Positions 41,527 to 49,762 of a stretch of 56,226 nt of DNA are shown here, piece by piece. The translations under genes were made by a program, and so were the position numbers. Below the pieces are notes generated by a model, which searched no databases, was not told the origin of the DNA, and was given only the letters and a program-made list of their open reading frames with translations. Each line of letters starts with the position of its first letter. The stretch's first letter is position 1. The stretch is from a virus (Duplodnaviria > Caudoviricetes): positions 1-56,226 of IMG/VR virus record IMGVR_UViG_3300037424_002033. One strand, 5' to 3'.

Positions 41527-42834
41527 TCATGGCTCCTCCGACGGCGCCGCTGGCGCCGCAGCGGCGATGCGCCGCCGCGCGATCTCGACGTACTCCGCTT
41601 CCCGCTCGATGCCGATGAACTTCATCCCCTCGGCGAGCGCGGCGACGCCCGTCGAGCCGCTCCCCATGAACGGGTCGAGCACGATGCCGCCGGGCGGGGT
41701 GACGAGTCGGATCAGCCATCGCATGAGCGCGACGCTCTTCACAGTCGGATGGTGATTCCTGGCGCCGCCGGTGCGGCCGGCGCCGGCCCGGGGGGACTTC
41801 AACCCGTCGGTGCCGTCCACCCGGCCGGTCGCCTCACCCGCCGTCTTCGCCGGAAGGTCGTCGAGCCCGGCCTCGCGCTCGGCGCGGCTCGCCTTCGCCA
41901 CGTAGAAGAACCGCGACGCGCTCGATTGCGCGTCGAGCACCGCGGCGGCTTCCTCGTCGAGCGTGAGATGCGCGGGCCACCGCCCCAATGGCATCGAGCG
42001 GTCTATTGTCGTCTCCCTGTTTGCGTGCGCGTTCCATCCCGACCCTTGCCCCAGAGCGGTCAAGCCGGACGTGGAACCTCCTGCACTCGGGCCGGACTGG
42101 ATTCGGCACCCGTCGATGTTCAGCGCGCCGGTGCCGTGCGCGAGCACGTTCGCGGCGACGGTGCCGATAAGCGGCTTGCGGATCAGGATCCAATGCTCGG
42201 CGGCAGGCTTCAGCGCGGTGCCCCAGCCCGAGAAGCGTTCCGCCTCGGGGGAGCCGGGCACAGTGATGGGTGTTTCTACGGCATCGGGATTCAACTGCCG
42301 GATCTTGTCGCTGTGCGCACCTCCACCGTGGCGGGTTCTCACCTCTCCGGTCGGTTCTCTGGCGGCGCCGAGCTTCTCGTCGATCGCCTTCGACACGTCG
42401 AGCGACTTGGGGAAGCCGGTGCCGAAGAGGTGCATCACGATGTCGCGGATCTCGAAGCCGGCATCTTCGAGCGCCGTCGCTGTCCAGTGAGACGTACGCG
42501 GCAGCGCCCAGACGAGCCCGTGCGCGCCGGGCTTCATCGCCGCCATCGCGAGCGTGAAGATCGGAGTGATGCCAGCAACGAAAAGTGAACGCGCGTATGA
42601 TGCCCCGAACTTGTCAAGTACGCCCTGAGTCCCATGTGAGTGTGCTCGGCCGATCGGTCTATCCTTTCGCATTCCGGAAAGACCCGAAGCTGTCCCAGAC
42701 GCATCGTAATGATCCCACTCCTTGCCCATGAAGGAGATGCCAGCCGGCGGATCGCACACGAGCGCGTCGATCGACTCGGCGCGCAGCTTCGCGAGCCACT
42801 CGCGGGCGTCGCCGACTTGGATCAGGTAGCGCAT
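41527..42834 (-). CDS. DNA N6-adenine / N4-cytosine methyltransferase (beta class), orphan
   Basis: DPPA (motif IV variant), HPTVK, LDPFMGSGSTG. Confidence 0.9.
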   Translation of the reverse strand: MRYLIQVGDAREWLAKLRAESIDALVCDPPAGISFMGKEWDHYDASGTASGLSGMRKDRPIGRAHSHGTQGVLDKFGASYARSLFVAGITPIFTLAMAAMKPGAHGLVWALPRTSHWTATALEDAGFEIRDIVMHLFGTGFPKSLDVSKAIDEKLGAAREPTGEVRTRHGGGAHSDKIRQLNPDAVETPITVPGSPEAERFSGWGTALKPAAEHWILIRKPLIGTVAANVLAHGTGALNIDGCRIQSGPSAGGSTSGLTALGQGSGWNAHANRETTIDRSMPLGRWPAHLTLDEEAAAVLDAQSSASRFFYVAKASRAEREAGLDDLPAKTAGEATGRVDGTDGLKSPRAGAGRTGGARNHHPTVKSVALMRWLIRLVTPPGGIVLDPFMGSGSTGVAALAEGMKFIGIEREAEYVEIARRRIAAAAPAAPSEEP

Positions 42835-43076
42835 CCGTTCCTCCGCTCGGCGACGCGACGACGGATGAAGTCTTCGAGTGCGACGGCGCCGATGATGATG
42901 GGGTTCAGTGGCGCATCCGTCGCGAGTGCCGCCCTGCGATACTCCCCTGACGTCTGCCACTCTGCGCGGCACGCAACGCAGAGGTAGAAGAGGGCGACGG
43001 CGTACGCCGTCCGAGACGGGCGATCCCCACCTTCGTGGGCCGCCTCGAACTCTGAGTCACAGATTGTGCAGCGCAC
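42822..43076 (-). CDS. Small Zn-finger protein
   Basis: CTIC...CVAC. Confidence 0.55.
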   Translation of the reverse strand: MRCTICDSEFEAAHEGGDRPSRTAYAVALFYLCVACRAEWQTSGEYRRAALATDAPLNPIIIGAVALEDFIRRRVAERRNGCAT

Positions 43077-43092
43077 GCCGCCTCCCCCTGTG

Positions 43093-43668
43093 CTACTGGC
43101 CGAAGAGCGAGGCGAGGCCGGGATCGGCCGCGCCAGGGGCCGCCGGAGCGGCCGTGGTCGGCTTCGCGGCGCCGTTTCCCACCGCGTTCGCCTTCATCCA
43201 CTCGGCGTACTGCTCGGGGGTGAGGAACTCCCGATCTGCGAGCTTCGGCTTGCCGGCGTACTGCCCTTCAGTCTGCACGCCCTCGACGCTCTTCACGAGG
43301 ATGAAGCAGTCGGCGCCCTTCCCGTCCCGGCCCATGAAGAGCGCGGGCGAGATCGCCTTCACCCCGGAGAGCTTCGCCTCGGCGATGCCGATCGAGCGGA
43401 GTACCGTCTTCATCTTCCGCTGGTTCGCCGCCTTCGAGAAGTCGATACCGGGGTACAGCGTCACGTTGCCGACCTCGGTCGCGACCTCGATCGCGTACGA
43501 GTTCGCCACGGTCGAGCCGGCCGCCTTCGCCTCCTTCGAGACGTGCGGCTGCGCCGACACGACCTTGCCCTTGTACGCGCCCGGCGGGATCTGCTCCCCG
43601 CCGCCCTTCGTTCCGTCCCATGCTTCGATCGCGCCGAGATCGAAATCGAGGTTGATCACGTCTGCCAT
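43093..43668 (-). CDS. Putative ssDNA-binding protein (DUF669-like)
   Basis: IPPG.Y...V start; flexible tail ending LFGQ; near the Sak4-like gene. Confidence 0.65.
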   Translation of the reverse strand: MADVINLDFDLGAIEAWDGTKGGGEQIPPGAYKGKVVSAQPHVSKEAKAAGSTVANSYAIEVATEVGNVTLYPGIDFSKAANQRKMKTVLRSIGIAEAKLSGVKAISPALFMGRDGKGADCFILVKSVEGVQTEGQYAGKPKLADREFLTPEQYAEWMKANAVGNGAAKPTTAAPAAPGAADPGLASLFGQ

Positions 43669-43757
43669 TGTTCTCTCCTTCGCTACTAGTGATGTTTCGC
43701 TTCGCTCGCTACCGGTTCACTCACTACCGGCTACTAGAGGAGCCCCGCGCAGCGGGG

Positions 43758-44015
43758 CTACTTCGAGGCCGGGATCAGCGCGTTGAGCGCCGCCACGGCC
43801 GCCTTGTCGCCGGCCAGCGCCACGCGCGAGCCGGGCAGCTTGGGCAGCTTCACGCCCGCGTCGCGCATCCGCTTCGCGCGCGCCGAGTAGCTGGGGCCGA
43901 TCTTCTCCGCCGCCTCGCCGGTGTTCTTGCACGCGATGTACGCCTTCACGAAGTCCTCGTTCGAGAGCTTCGGGTACGCTGCGCCGTCCGGCTTCGTCCG
44001 CTTCGTCTTCGCCAT
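43758..44015 (-). CDS. Small basic HTH-like protein (paralog of 30415-30648)
   Basis: LSNEDFV...ARAKRMR..GV.LP. Confidence 0.65.
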   Translation of the reverse strand: MAKTKRTKPDGAAYPKLSNEDFVKAYIACKNTGEAAEKIGPSYSARAKRMRDAGVKLPKLPGSRVALAGDKAAVAALNALIPASK

Positions 44016-44080
44016 TGGGTGCTACCTTTCTGGCCCCTCGCGGAGCCGTTGCGATCGGCGAGGTGCCGATCAGTCCTTTG

Positions 44081-44326
44081 TCACGCGAAGAGGTCGGGGC
44101 CGTACGGATCCGACGGCCGCCCCGCCGTGATCGCCAGCGACTCTGCCACCGCTTGCGCGCCGGTGAGCCTCGCCGGCAACCGGATCTTGTGCCCCTTCTG
44201 CCGCAACTCCCGGTCGCGCTCGATCTTGTCGAGCACCGACGGCGCCGGAACTTCGCCGTACCGCCGACGCTGGCGCAGCACGAACCGCTCGATCTTGATC
44301 ACTGACTTCGGAAGGTCAGCGTACAT
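44081..44326 (-). CDS. Hypothetical basic protein
   Basis: Coupled ORF. Confidence 0.5.
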   Translation of the reverse strand: MYADLPKSVIKIERFVLRQRRRYGEVPAPSVLDKIERDRELRQKGHKIRLPARLTGAQAVAESLAITAGRPSDPYGPDLFA

Positions 44327-45291
44327 CACTTGTCCCCCAGGTAGAGCTTCAGCCGATCGGCGCGCATCGCGTGCGTCAGCACCGCGCGGTCCCACGCATC
44401 GCGCAGCGTCCACATGACGTGCCGCTCGTCGGTGTCGCGCAGCCGGACGCCGACGGCTAGAGCACGGAGCACCTCGCGGCAGTCGGCGACGTTCTCGACA
44501 CCGCGCGCAAGGATCACCTCGCTTGCCTTCGCGACGAGGTCTTCCTGCCACGCGAAGAGCCGGCGCGGCGCGAAGGTCGGCACGTTATTCTCCCGAGCGT
44601 ACAGCCGAAGGATCTCCCCGATGTTCATCGGGCTCATGTCCGGCGTGACGTTGTGCCGATCGCCGGTGCGCCACTCCGGGTCGGAGGCGTTGCAGCGGTA
44701 GACCACCGGCCAGCCCACGGGGTTGCCGTAGCCCGTGGTCATCGGCTGGGCGCGCAGGACCATGTCCGCGGCGGCCGGCACGTCGAACGGCAGCTTGTTC
44801 CCGGGGAGCATGACCGTGCCCGGCACCGTGCGGCCGTCCACCTTGTGCGGCGGGCTCTCGTGCATGGTGACGACGACGTGCATCCCGCAGCGGCGGGCCT
44901 CGTCGCGCATGTCCACGATCATCTTGTAGATGGCGCCCCAGAGGTCGAAGCCGCCCAGCGTCGAGCGGCTCACCTGCCGCTGCACGTAGAGGGTGAGGTC
45001 GTCGATCACCATCGCGTCGGGGCGCGTCGCCGGGTTGGCGTTCGCCGCCATCCGCAGCGCGTCCACCACCTGTGGAAGCGAGGCGACGTCGCGGACGCGG
45101 TTGTCAGGAGGAGAGAAGCCGGCGACGCCGAGCGCCGCCTTCAGCGCGCCCGGCGCGGCGATGAACGCGGCGTGGGGAAAGGACATGAGCGCGTCACAGG
45201 TTTTCCCGAGCTTGATCGCGCCGTAGATGATGATGAAGGCAGGCTGCCGCGCGAGCGCCGTAGCTAACGCCTGGATCGTTGGATGCGCCAC
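44326..45291 (-). CDS. AAA_24 / Sak4-like recombination ATPase
   Basis: IYG..KLGKT, VIDDLT, W..I, VVTMHE, D.V.R. Confidence 0.8.
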   Translation of the reverse strand: MAHPTIQALATALARQPAFIIIYGAIKLGKTCDALMSFPHAAFIAAPGALKAALGVAGFSPPDNRVRDVASLPQVVDALRMAANANPATRPDAMVIDDLTLYVQRQVSRSTLGGFDLWGAIYKMIVDMRDEARRCGMHVVVTMHESPPHKVDGRTVPGTVMLPGNKLPFDVPAAADMVLRAQPMTTGYGNPVGWPVVYRCNASDPEWRTGDRHNVTPDMSPMNIGEILRLYARENNVPTFAPRRLFAWQEDLVAKASEVILARGVENVADCREVLRALAVGVRLRDTDERHVMWTLRDAWDRAVLTHAMRADRLKLYLGDK

Positions 45292-45319
45292 TAAAACCCC
45301 CTGGGGTGCCCGTTGGAGT

Positions 45320-45348
45320 GTTCTACGTCTACGAACGTGATCTGTCAA
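45320..45348 (-). promoter_or_regulatory. Sigma70-like promoter
   Basis: TTGACA, 17 nt spacer, TAGAAC; shares TTGACAGATC with the promoter at 51628-51656. Confidence 0.55.
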
Positions 45349-45554
45349 CCGCCCAAAATGTGCCGGCTGGGGTCCATCGGCAGATCGCGCTCTGCGACCG
45401 AGCGGACGAACGCGGCGGTCAGCCACGCGACGGCCCGGCTACGGTCGGCCCAATTCTCCGCCTGCGCGATGCTCACCAGGGCGATGCGAAGCGCCTCGAT
45501 CCGTTCGAGCGCGGCATCAGTCTCCTTGGCGACGGTGTCGAGGTCGTAGCTCAT
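45345..45554 (-). CDS. Hypothetical protein
   Basis: Coupled ORF. Confidence 0.5.
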   Translation of the reverse strand: MSYDLDTVAKETDAALERIEALRIALVSIAQAENWADRSRAVAWLTAAFVRSVAERDLPMDPSRHILGG

Positions 45555-45793
45555 CGCTTCACTCCCTCGGTGATGATCGCGATCGGCGTCATGTCGATGA
45601 TCGTCGCCCTGACCGGCTCTCCACGTGCGTCGCCAGGGGCATGTAAGCTCACGCCAAAGCGACGCGCGATGATCTCTTGCGCCTCTTTCACCGCTTGCTT
45701 GTAGATTTCGCCGACGGGGCACTCAGCGCCCCACGCGCCGCCGTTGATCTCGATCTCCAGTGTGACCCGAACCCGCGCTCTCGCGTCGCTCAT
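45551..45793 (-). CDS. Hypothetical protein
   Basis: V.V.LEI....WG.EC....IYKQA..EA. Confidence 0.6.
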   Translation of the reverse strand: MSDARARVRVTLEIEINGGAWGAECPVGEIYKQAVKEAQEIIARRFGVSLHAPGDARGEPVRATIIDMTPIAIITEGVKR

Positions 45794-46611
45794 GGTACCC
45801 CCCAGCGGCAGCGATCGGTGTGCTGGCACCGACCGTAAGGTGTAACGCACGTCATTTCAGAGTCGCTCATCGACCACTCCGACGACGGCTTGGTGCGCAG
45901 CAACGCGATCCTCTGCTCCGCGAGCGCCACGTTGTGCGGGTAGCGCTGCAACGCCCACGGCGCCGGCTCCGGCTCGCGGCGCTCGACGTCGAGCTTGTTA
46001 CAGCCGATCACGTTGACGCGCACGCCACCGAAGTCGTTGCCCCACTGCCGGCGTCCGAGGTGCCACAGCCCGAGGAACTGACCGGAGAGTTCGTAGCGCT
46101 GGAACGTGCGATCCTCGATCCGCCCGACGAACTTGTGATCCCAGATGTAGATTTTCCCGGTGTCCCGAGGATAGCGAACGACGAGGTCGGCGCGAGCGGT
46201 GTAGCGCCATCCCTCGAACTCCGTCTCCATGTGCCGCTCGATGCCGATCACCTCGTGATCCTCGGCGACGTACTGCGCTTGATAGTAGCGCACTGCCTTG
46301 GCAGCTTCCGGCAGCGTGGCGCGACCGACGTCGCCGAACGTCTCGGATACGAGCGACATGGCATCGTCCACCGAAAAGAAGGTGTCGGGATCCTTGCCGC
46401 GCTCGGCGGCGACCTTGCGAGCGTAGTAGTGGGCGAGGCCGGCGTGGCCGATCGAACCGCGGGCGAGCGGCGGATCGACGTCGAGCATCACACCGTTGAC
46501 GACGCGGCGCGGGGCCGCCTCGCTCCAAAAGAACTTCATCTCACAGTTCCAGAAGGCTTCGAGGCGGTGGAAACCGCGCTCCGACGGCCCGGTGTTGATC
46601 AAGATGGTCAC
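45790..46611 (-). CDS. PD-(D/E)xK nuclease, Cas4/RecB-like
   Basis: C..K, GS..H, E...ARADLV...IWDHK, Q, terminal C...C....C. Confidence 0.85.
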   Translation of the reverse strand: MTILINTGPSERGFHRLEAFWNCEMKFFWSEAAPRRVVNGVMLDVDPPLARGSIGHAGLAHYYARKVAAERGKDPDTFFSVDDAMSLVSETFGDVGRATLPEAAKAVRYYQAQYVAEDHEVIGIERHMETEFEGWRYTARADLVVRYPRDTGKIYIWDHKFVGRIEDRTFQRYELSGQFLGLWHLGRRQWGNDFGGVRVNVIGCNKLDVERREPEPAPWALQRYPHNVALAEQRIALLRTKPSSEWSMSDSEMTCVTPYGRCQHTDRCRWGVP

Positions 46612-46871
46612 GAACGCACCTTGCCGCCGAACTTCTTCGCGGCGCCCACCGACGGGACGATGATCTCGGTGCAGTACCAGCACTGCCGCACCGGGATCGC
46701 GGGGAACCCCTTCTTCGTGAACGTGCCGATGTCGTGCTCGTCGAGGTGCTTCTGCCGGATGATGCAGCGGGTTCGCCGGAGGTGAACGCGCAGCGACGAG
46801 CGGAGCGTCTTCGGCGCCGCGATCAGTAGCCCAGCGACGGCGAGCCCGATGGCGATGGTGGTGAGGATCAT
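46608..46871 (-). CDS. Small membrane-anchored Cys protein
   Basis: N-terminal TM; CWYC. Confidence 0.5.
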   Translation of the reverse strand: MILTTIAIGLAVAGLLIAAPKTLRSSLRVHLRRTRCIIRQKHLDEHDIGTFTKKGFPAIPVRQCWYCTEIIVPSVGAAKKFGGKVRS

Positions 46872-47539
46872 TTCTCGACCTCGATGATGGAAGGCGGGCC
46901 GGACACGTCTTCGGGAAGCACAGCGTAGAGGGTCCCGACGGCGACCGCAACGACGACGGTGATCACTCCAACGATCACGCCGCGGCGTATAGTTCGACGA
47001 CGGCGCGAACGAGCAATCGCGCGCTCCTCCTCCAAGGTGGCTTCGCGCGCCGCTCGCCACTTCATGTCATCGCGCTCGGCATCCTCTTCGAGTGCCACGT
47101 TCCACAATGAGTCGTATTCCCACGAGGAAAGCGGGCGCTGGCGACTTATCGCCGTCGAAGTGCCGACCGCCGCCACCGTCGCCTCGAACTCCTGCGCGCG
47201 GCGCTCCGCTTCGATCTGAGCCGCCGTGCGCTGCCGCTCCTGATCCGCCCACCACGCTTCTTTCTCGCGGGCGATCCGCTCGGCCTCGGCCGGGTCTGTG
47301 ATCCGTTCGGCGATCCCGCAGGGCAGCCGAGAGGCGAGGGTGTGGTGGACGCGGTGCGCGCGGCACACGAGGCAGTAGCCATCCTCATCGCACTCCGGCT
47401 CCTTCGAGAGCTTCTCTTCGAGGAAGGCCCCGCAGGAGGGGCAGAACGTGGCGTGTGCGTACAGCGAATCGTACCGGAGCATCATCCGGTGCCCGATCTT
47501 GCACAGACGGACGATCGCCGTCGAGGTGTTCTCGCTCAC
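46868..47539 (-). CDS. Zn-ribbon / coiled-coil protein with C-terminal TM
   Basis: C..GH...FCPSCG; TM segment near the C-terminus. Confidence 0.65.
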   Translation of the reverse strand: MSENTSTAIVRLCKIGHRMMLRYDSLYAHATFCPSCGAFLEEKLSKEPECDEDGYCLVCRAHRVHHTLASRLPCGIAERITDPAEAERIAREKEAWWADQERQRTAAQIEAERRAQEFEATVAAVGTSTAISRQRPLSSWEYDSLWNVALEEDAERDDMKWRAAREATLEEERAIARSRRRRTIRRGVIVGVITVVVAVAVGTLYAVLPEDVSGPPSIIEVEK

Positions 47540-47543
47540 GGCG

Positions 47544-47894
47544 TCACTCCACCGGGAGCAGGAAGAAGAGCGCGCGGTACTTGCCGGCCGGAACCTTCAT
47601 CGGATTCCCGCCGCGGTCGCCGATGTAGACTTCTCCTACCGTCGTGCCCAACGAGAGGCGATACACCGCGAACTCCGGGCGGTGCTGCAAATCGATCATC
47701 TCGATGAACACGGCCGTCGCCTTCTCGTAAAGCGCCAACGGCGATCCGAGCGTGTCGATCGTTGCCGCCTCGGCGTCGAGCCGATTGATTGCCGCGTTCG
47801 CTTCGCGCTCGATGATAAACTTCGAGCGTTCCATCTCGTTCACGGCAACCGTTCGAATCACCGTCTTCGCCTCTTCGAGATCGTATCGCTTCAT
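47544..47894 (-). CDS. Hypothetical protein
   Basis: Coupled ORF. Confidence 0.55.
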   Translation of the reverse strand: MKRYDLEEAKTVIRTVAVNEMERSKFIIEREANAAINRLDAEAATIDTLGSPLALYEKATAVFIEMIDLQHRPEFAVYRLSLGTTVGEVYIGDRGGNPMKVPAGKYRALFFLLPVE

Positions 47895-48097
47895 TTTCTC
47901 TCCTTCGTCAACGCCGCGCACGAATCGGTGAGGTAGTAGCGCACGGTGCGATCCCCCTCCGGCACGAGCTTCGTCTTCAGCCTGCGCGGATCGATGTCTC
48001 GCGGATCGAACTTGAATCGCGCGATCACTTCATCCTTGGTGAGCCACTCGACTTCGTACGGCGCCGCACCTTCTTGCTCCACCTTCCGCTTGATCAC
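47891..48097 (-). CDS. Hypothetical protein
   Basis: Coupled ORF, GTG start. Confidence 0.5.
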   Translation of the reverse strand: MIKRKVEQEGAAPYEVEWLTKDEVIARFKFDPRDIDPRRLKTKLVPEGDRTVRYYLTDSCAALTKERK

Positions 48098-48245
48098 GGC
48101 CGCTCCTTCCCCGAACATTCCTGACAGACGTAGCGGACGAACACGACTCCGACCCGCTCACAGAAGTAACACCGAAGTTCCGCATTCTCTCCGCGGAGCA
48201 CGCGGTAGGCGAAGCGTAGCCGCCGAATCAATTCGACGAGCGTCA

Positions 48246-48434
48246 TCACAGCGGGCGCTCCTTCCATGGCAGGTGCTTCGCTTCCTTCCACCACCCCCGG
48301 CACGCCCACCGCACGGAGCCGATCATCGTCTCATCACCGACGATCCAGTAAGCTACGATTATCATCGGGGAGACTACGGCGCCAAAGATGACGAAGAAGA
48401 TCCACCCGAGCCACCGCTTCGTCGGCGCTGTCAT
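48246..48434 (-). CDS. Small membrane protein
   Basis: Hydrophobic segment. Confidence 0.5.
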   Translation of the reverse strand: MTAPTKRWLGWIFFVIFGAVVSPMIIVAYWIVGDETMIGSVRWACRGWWKEAKHLPWKERPL

Positions 48435-48579
48435 GGCTTCTCCTTGGATGCGCGATCCGGCCGATCCTCTTCCCTAGGAGGGAAGACGTACGTCCGACCC
48501 CACATGCCCCACAACTCACGCACGCAGTAGACGGCGACGGTCATCGCGCCGATTAACAACGCAACCAGCACCACGATCT

Positions 48580-48960
48580 TCATGACCGTCTCCGCTTCTC
48601 CCGACGAGGAACTGGCTTCCGTTGCAGAATGATCTCCAATCGACGGAGATCCTGCATCGTGAACGGGATCCGCTTCACGATCTGCGCGACCGCTTCTCGC
48701 GGCGTTCGTCCACTCCCTTCAATCAACGAAGCGAGAAACGTACCGACGTACGCATTGAATCGTGGGTTCTTACCGCACTGAAAAGAATCCCGCTCCACCG
48801 TGACCGATAGCGCATGATTCGCCGTGTCGTCGATGCGGAGATATGCCGAGAACGAACGATCTTCACGAAGACGTCCATTCTGATCATGATACGTGACGCC
48901 TGATCCAGCGTGGCGTCGATAACGTGGATCACCGCGAACCTCCCACGTTCCACGCTTCAT
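48580..48960 (-). CDS. Hypothetical protein with HicB-like G.T..EA motif
   Basis: FNAYV...GSGRTPREAV. Confidence 0.55.
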   Translation of the reverse strand: MKRGTWEVRGDPRYRRHAGSGVTYHDQNGRLREDRSFSAYLRIDDTANHALSVTVERDSFQCGKNPRFNAYVGTFLASLIEGSGRTPREAVAQIVKRIPFTMQDLRRLEIILQRKPVPRREKRRRS

Positions 48961-49580
48961 GGCAGCTTCTCCCCGAGCGCACGAAGGTTCGACGAGAGAT
49001 TCTCCTTCCACGCCCAGGTGGAAGCCGGGCGCGTCGAACGATCGCCGCCCACGACGTTGTCGTGGACCTGGCAGATCAGCGATGAGAGAGCGCCACCGGT
49101 GAGCGCATCGATGGTGAGCCGCGCGAGCATGACCGGATCGGGCGGGTTGCCGACGATCTCGTTGAACGAAGGATGCGCGGCGCGCGTCGAGCGATACTCG
49201 TCGAGTGCTGCGCGCATCACAGCCTCGTCCGCGTCATCGTCTTCTGGCTTGTTCCCCCCCGGCAATTGTGCAAAATACAGCGCCATGGCGTCGGCCAGCC
49301 GATCGGCGGGCGTCTTCTTCCGCTCCGCCCGCCTCGCTGCGATCTCCGCGTTGATCTCGGCGTCGGTGAGTTTATCGGTGCCAGCGCGCTTCGCCTCGGC
49401 CTGAATCTCCGCGACTGCTCTGACGGTCGTGTCGAGCCCGGGGCGCGACTTCAGCGCGAGGCGCGAGGCGATCTTCGTGCCGGCGTCGCAGTAGCAGATC
49501 GCCCACTGTCCCGGCGATCCTGGCGGATTTGGGATCACGGCCACGGTGAGACCCGAGTCGTAGCAGTAAGTGCAGTTCAT
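48957..49580 (-). CDS. Hypothetical protein with N-terminal C..C.D.G...C.C..G zinc motif
   Basis: Coupled ORF. Confidence 0.6.
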   Translation of the reverse strand: MNCTYCYDSGLTVAVIPNPPGSPGQWAICYCDAGTKIASRLALKSRPGLDTTVRAVAEIQAEAKRAGTDKLTDAEINAEIAARRAERKKTPADRLADAMALYFAQLPGGNKPEDDDADEAVMRAALDEYRSTRAAHPSFNEIVGNPPDPVMLARLTIDALTGGALSSLICQVHDNVVGGDRSTRPASTWAWKENLSSNLRALGEKLP

Positions 49581-49762
49581 TCGATCTTCTCCGTCTTCGA
49601 GCACACGCACCGGACTTCGGTGTTCGGATGCGACGGCGTTTCCGGCTGGCCGCGCTCGTACGTCTCGACTCGGTACGGAAGGCACATGCGCCGGCAGGCG
49701 TGCATCTCCTCGGCTACGGTGCAGCCGGCGAGCCCGAGCACTGCGATCACGATCAGTCTCAT
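49577..49762 (-). CDS. Putative lipoprotein
   Basis: Lipobox LAGC; Cys pairs. Confidence 0.6.
   Translation of the reverse strand: MRLIVIAVLGLAGCTVAEEMHACRRMCLPYRVETYERGQPETPSHPNTEVRCVCSKTEKIE

Noticed and set aside
41527-42834. DPPA instead of DPPY as a sign of an inactive methylase
   Set aside because: The other motifs and the ORF are intact; a single-residue variant is not enough to call loss of function
45790-46611. Cas4-like gene as evidence of a CRISPR system
   Set aside because: Solo PD-(D/E)xK nuclease in a Sak4/SSB recombination module; no array or other cas genes
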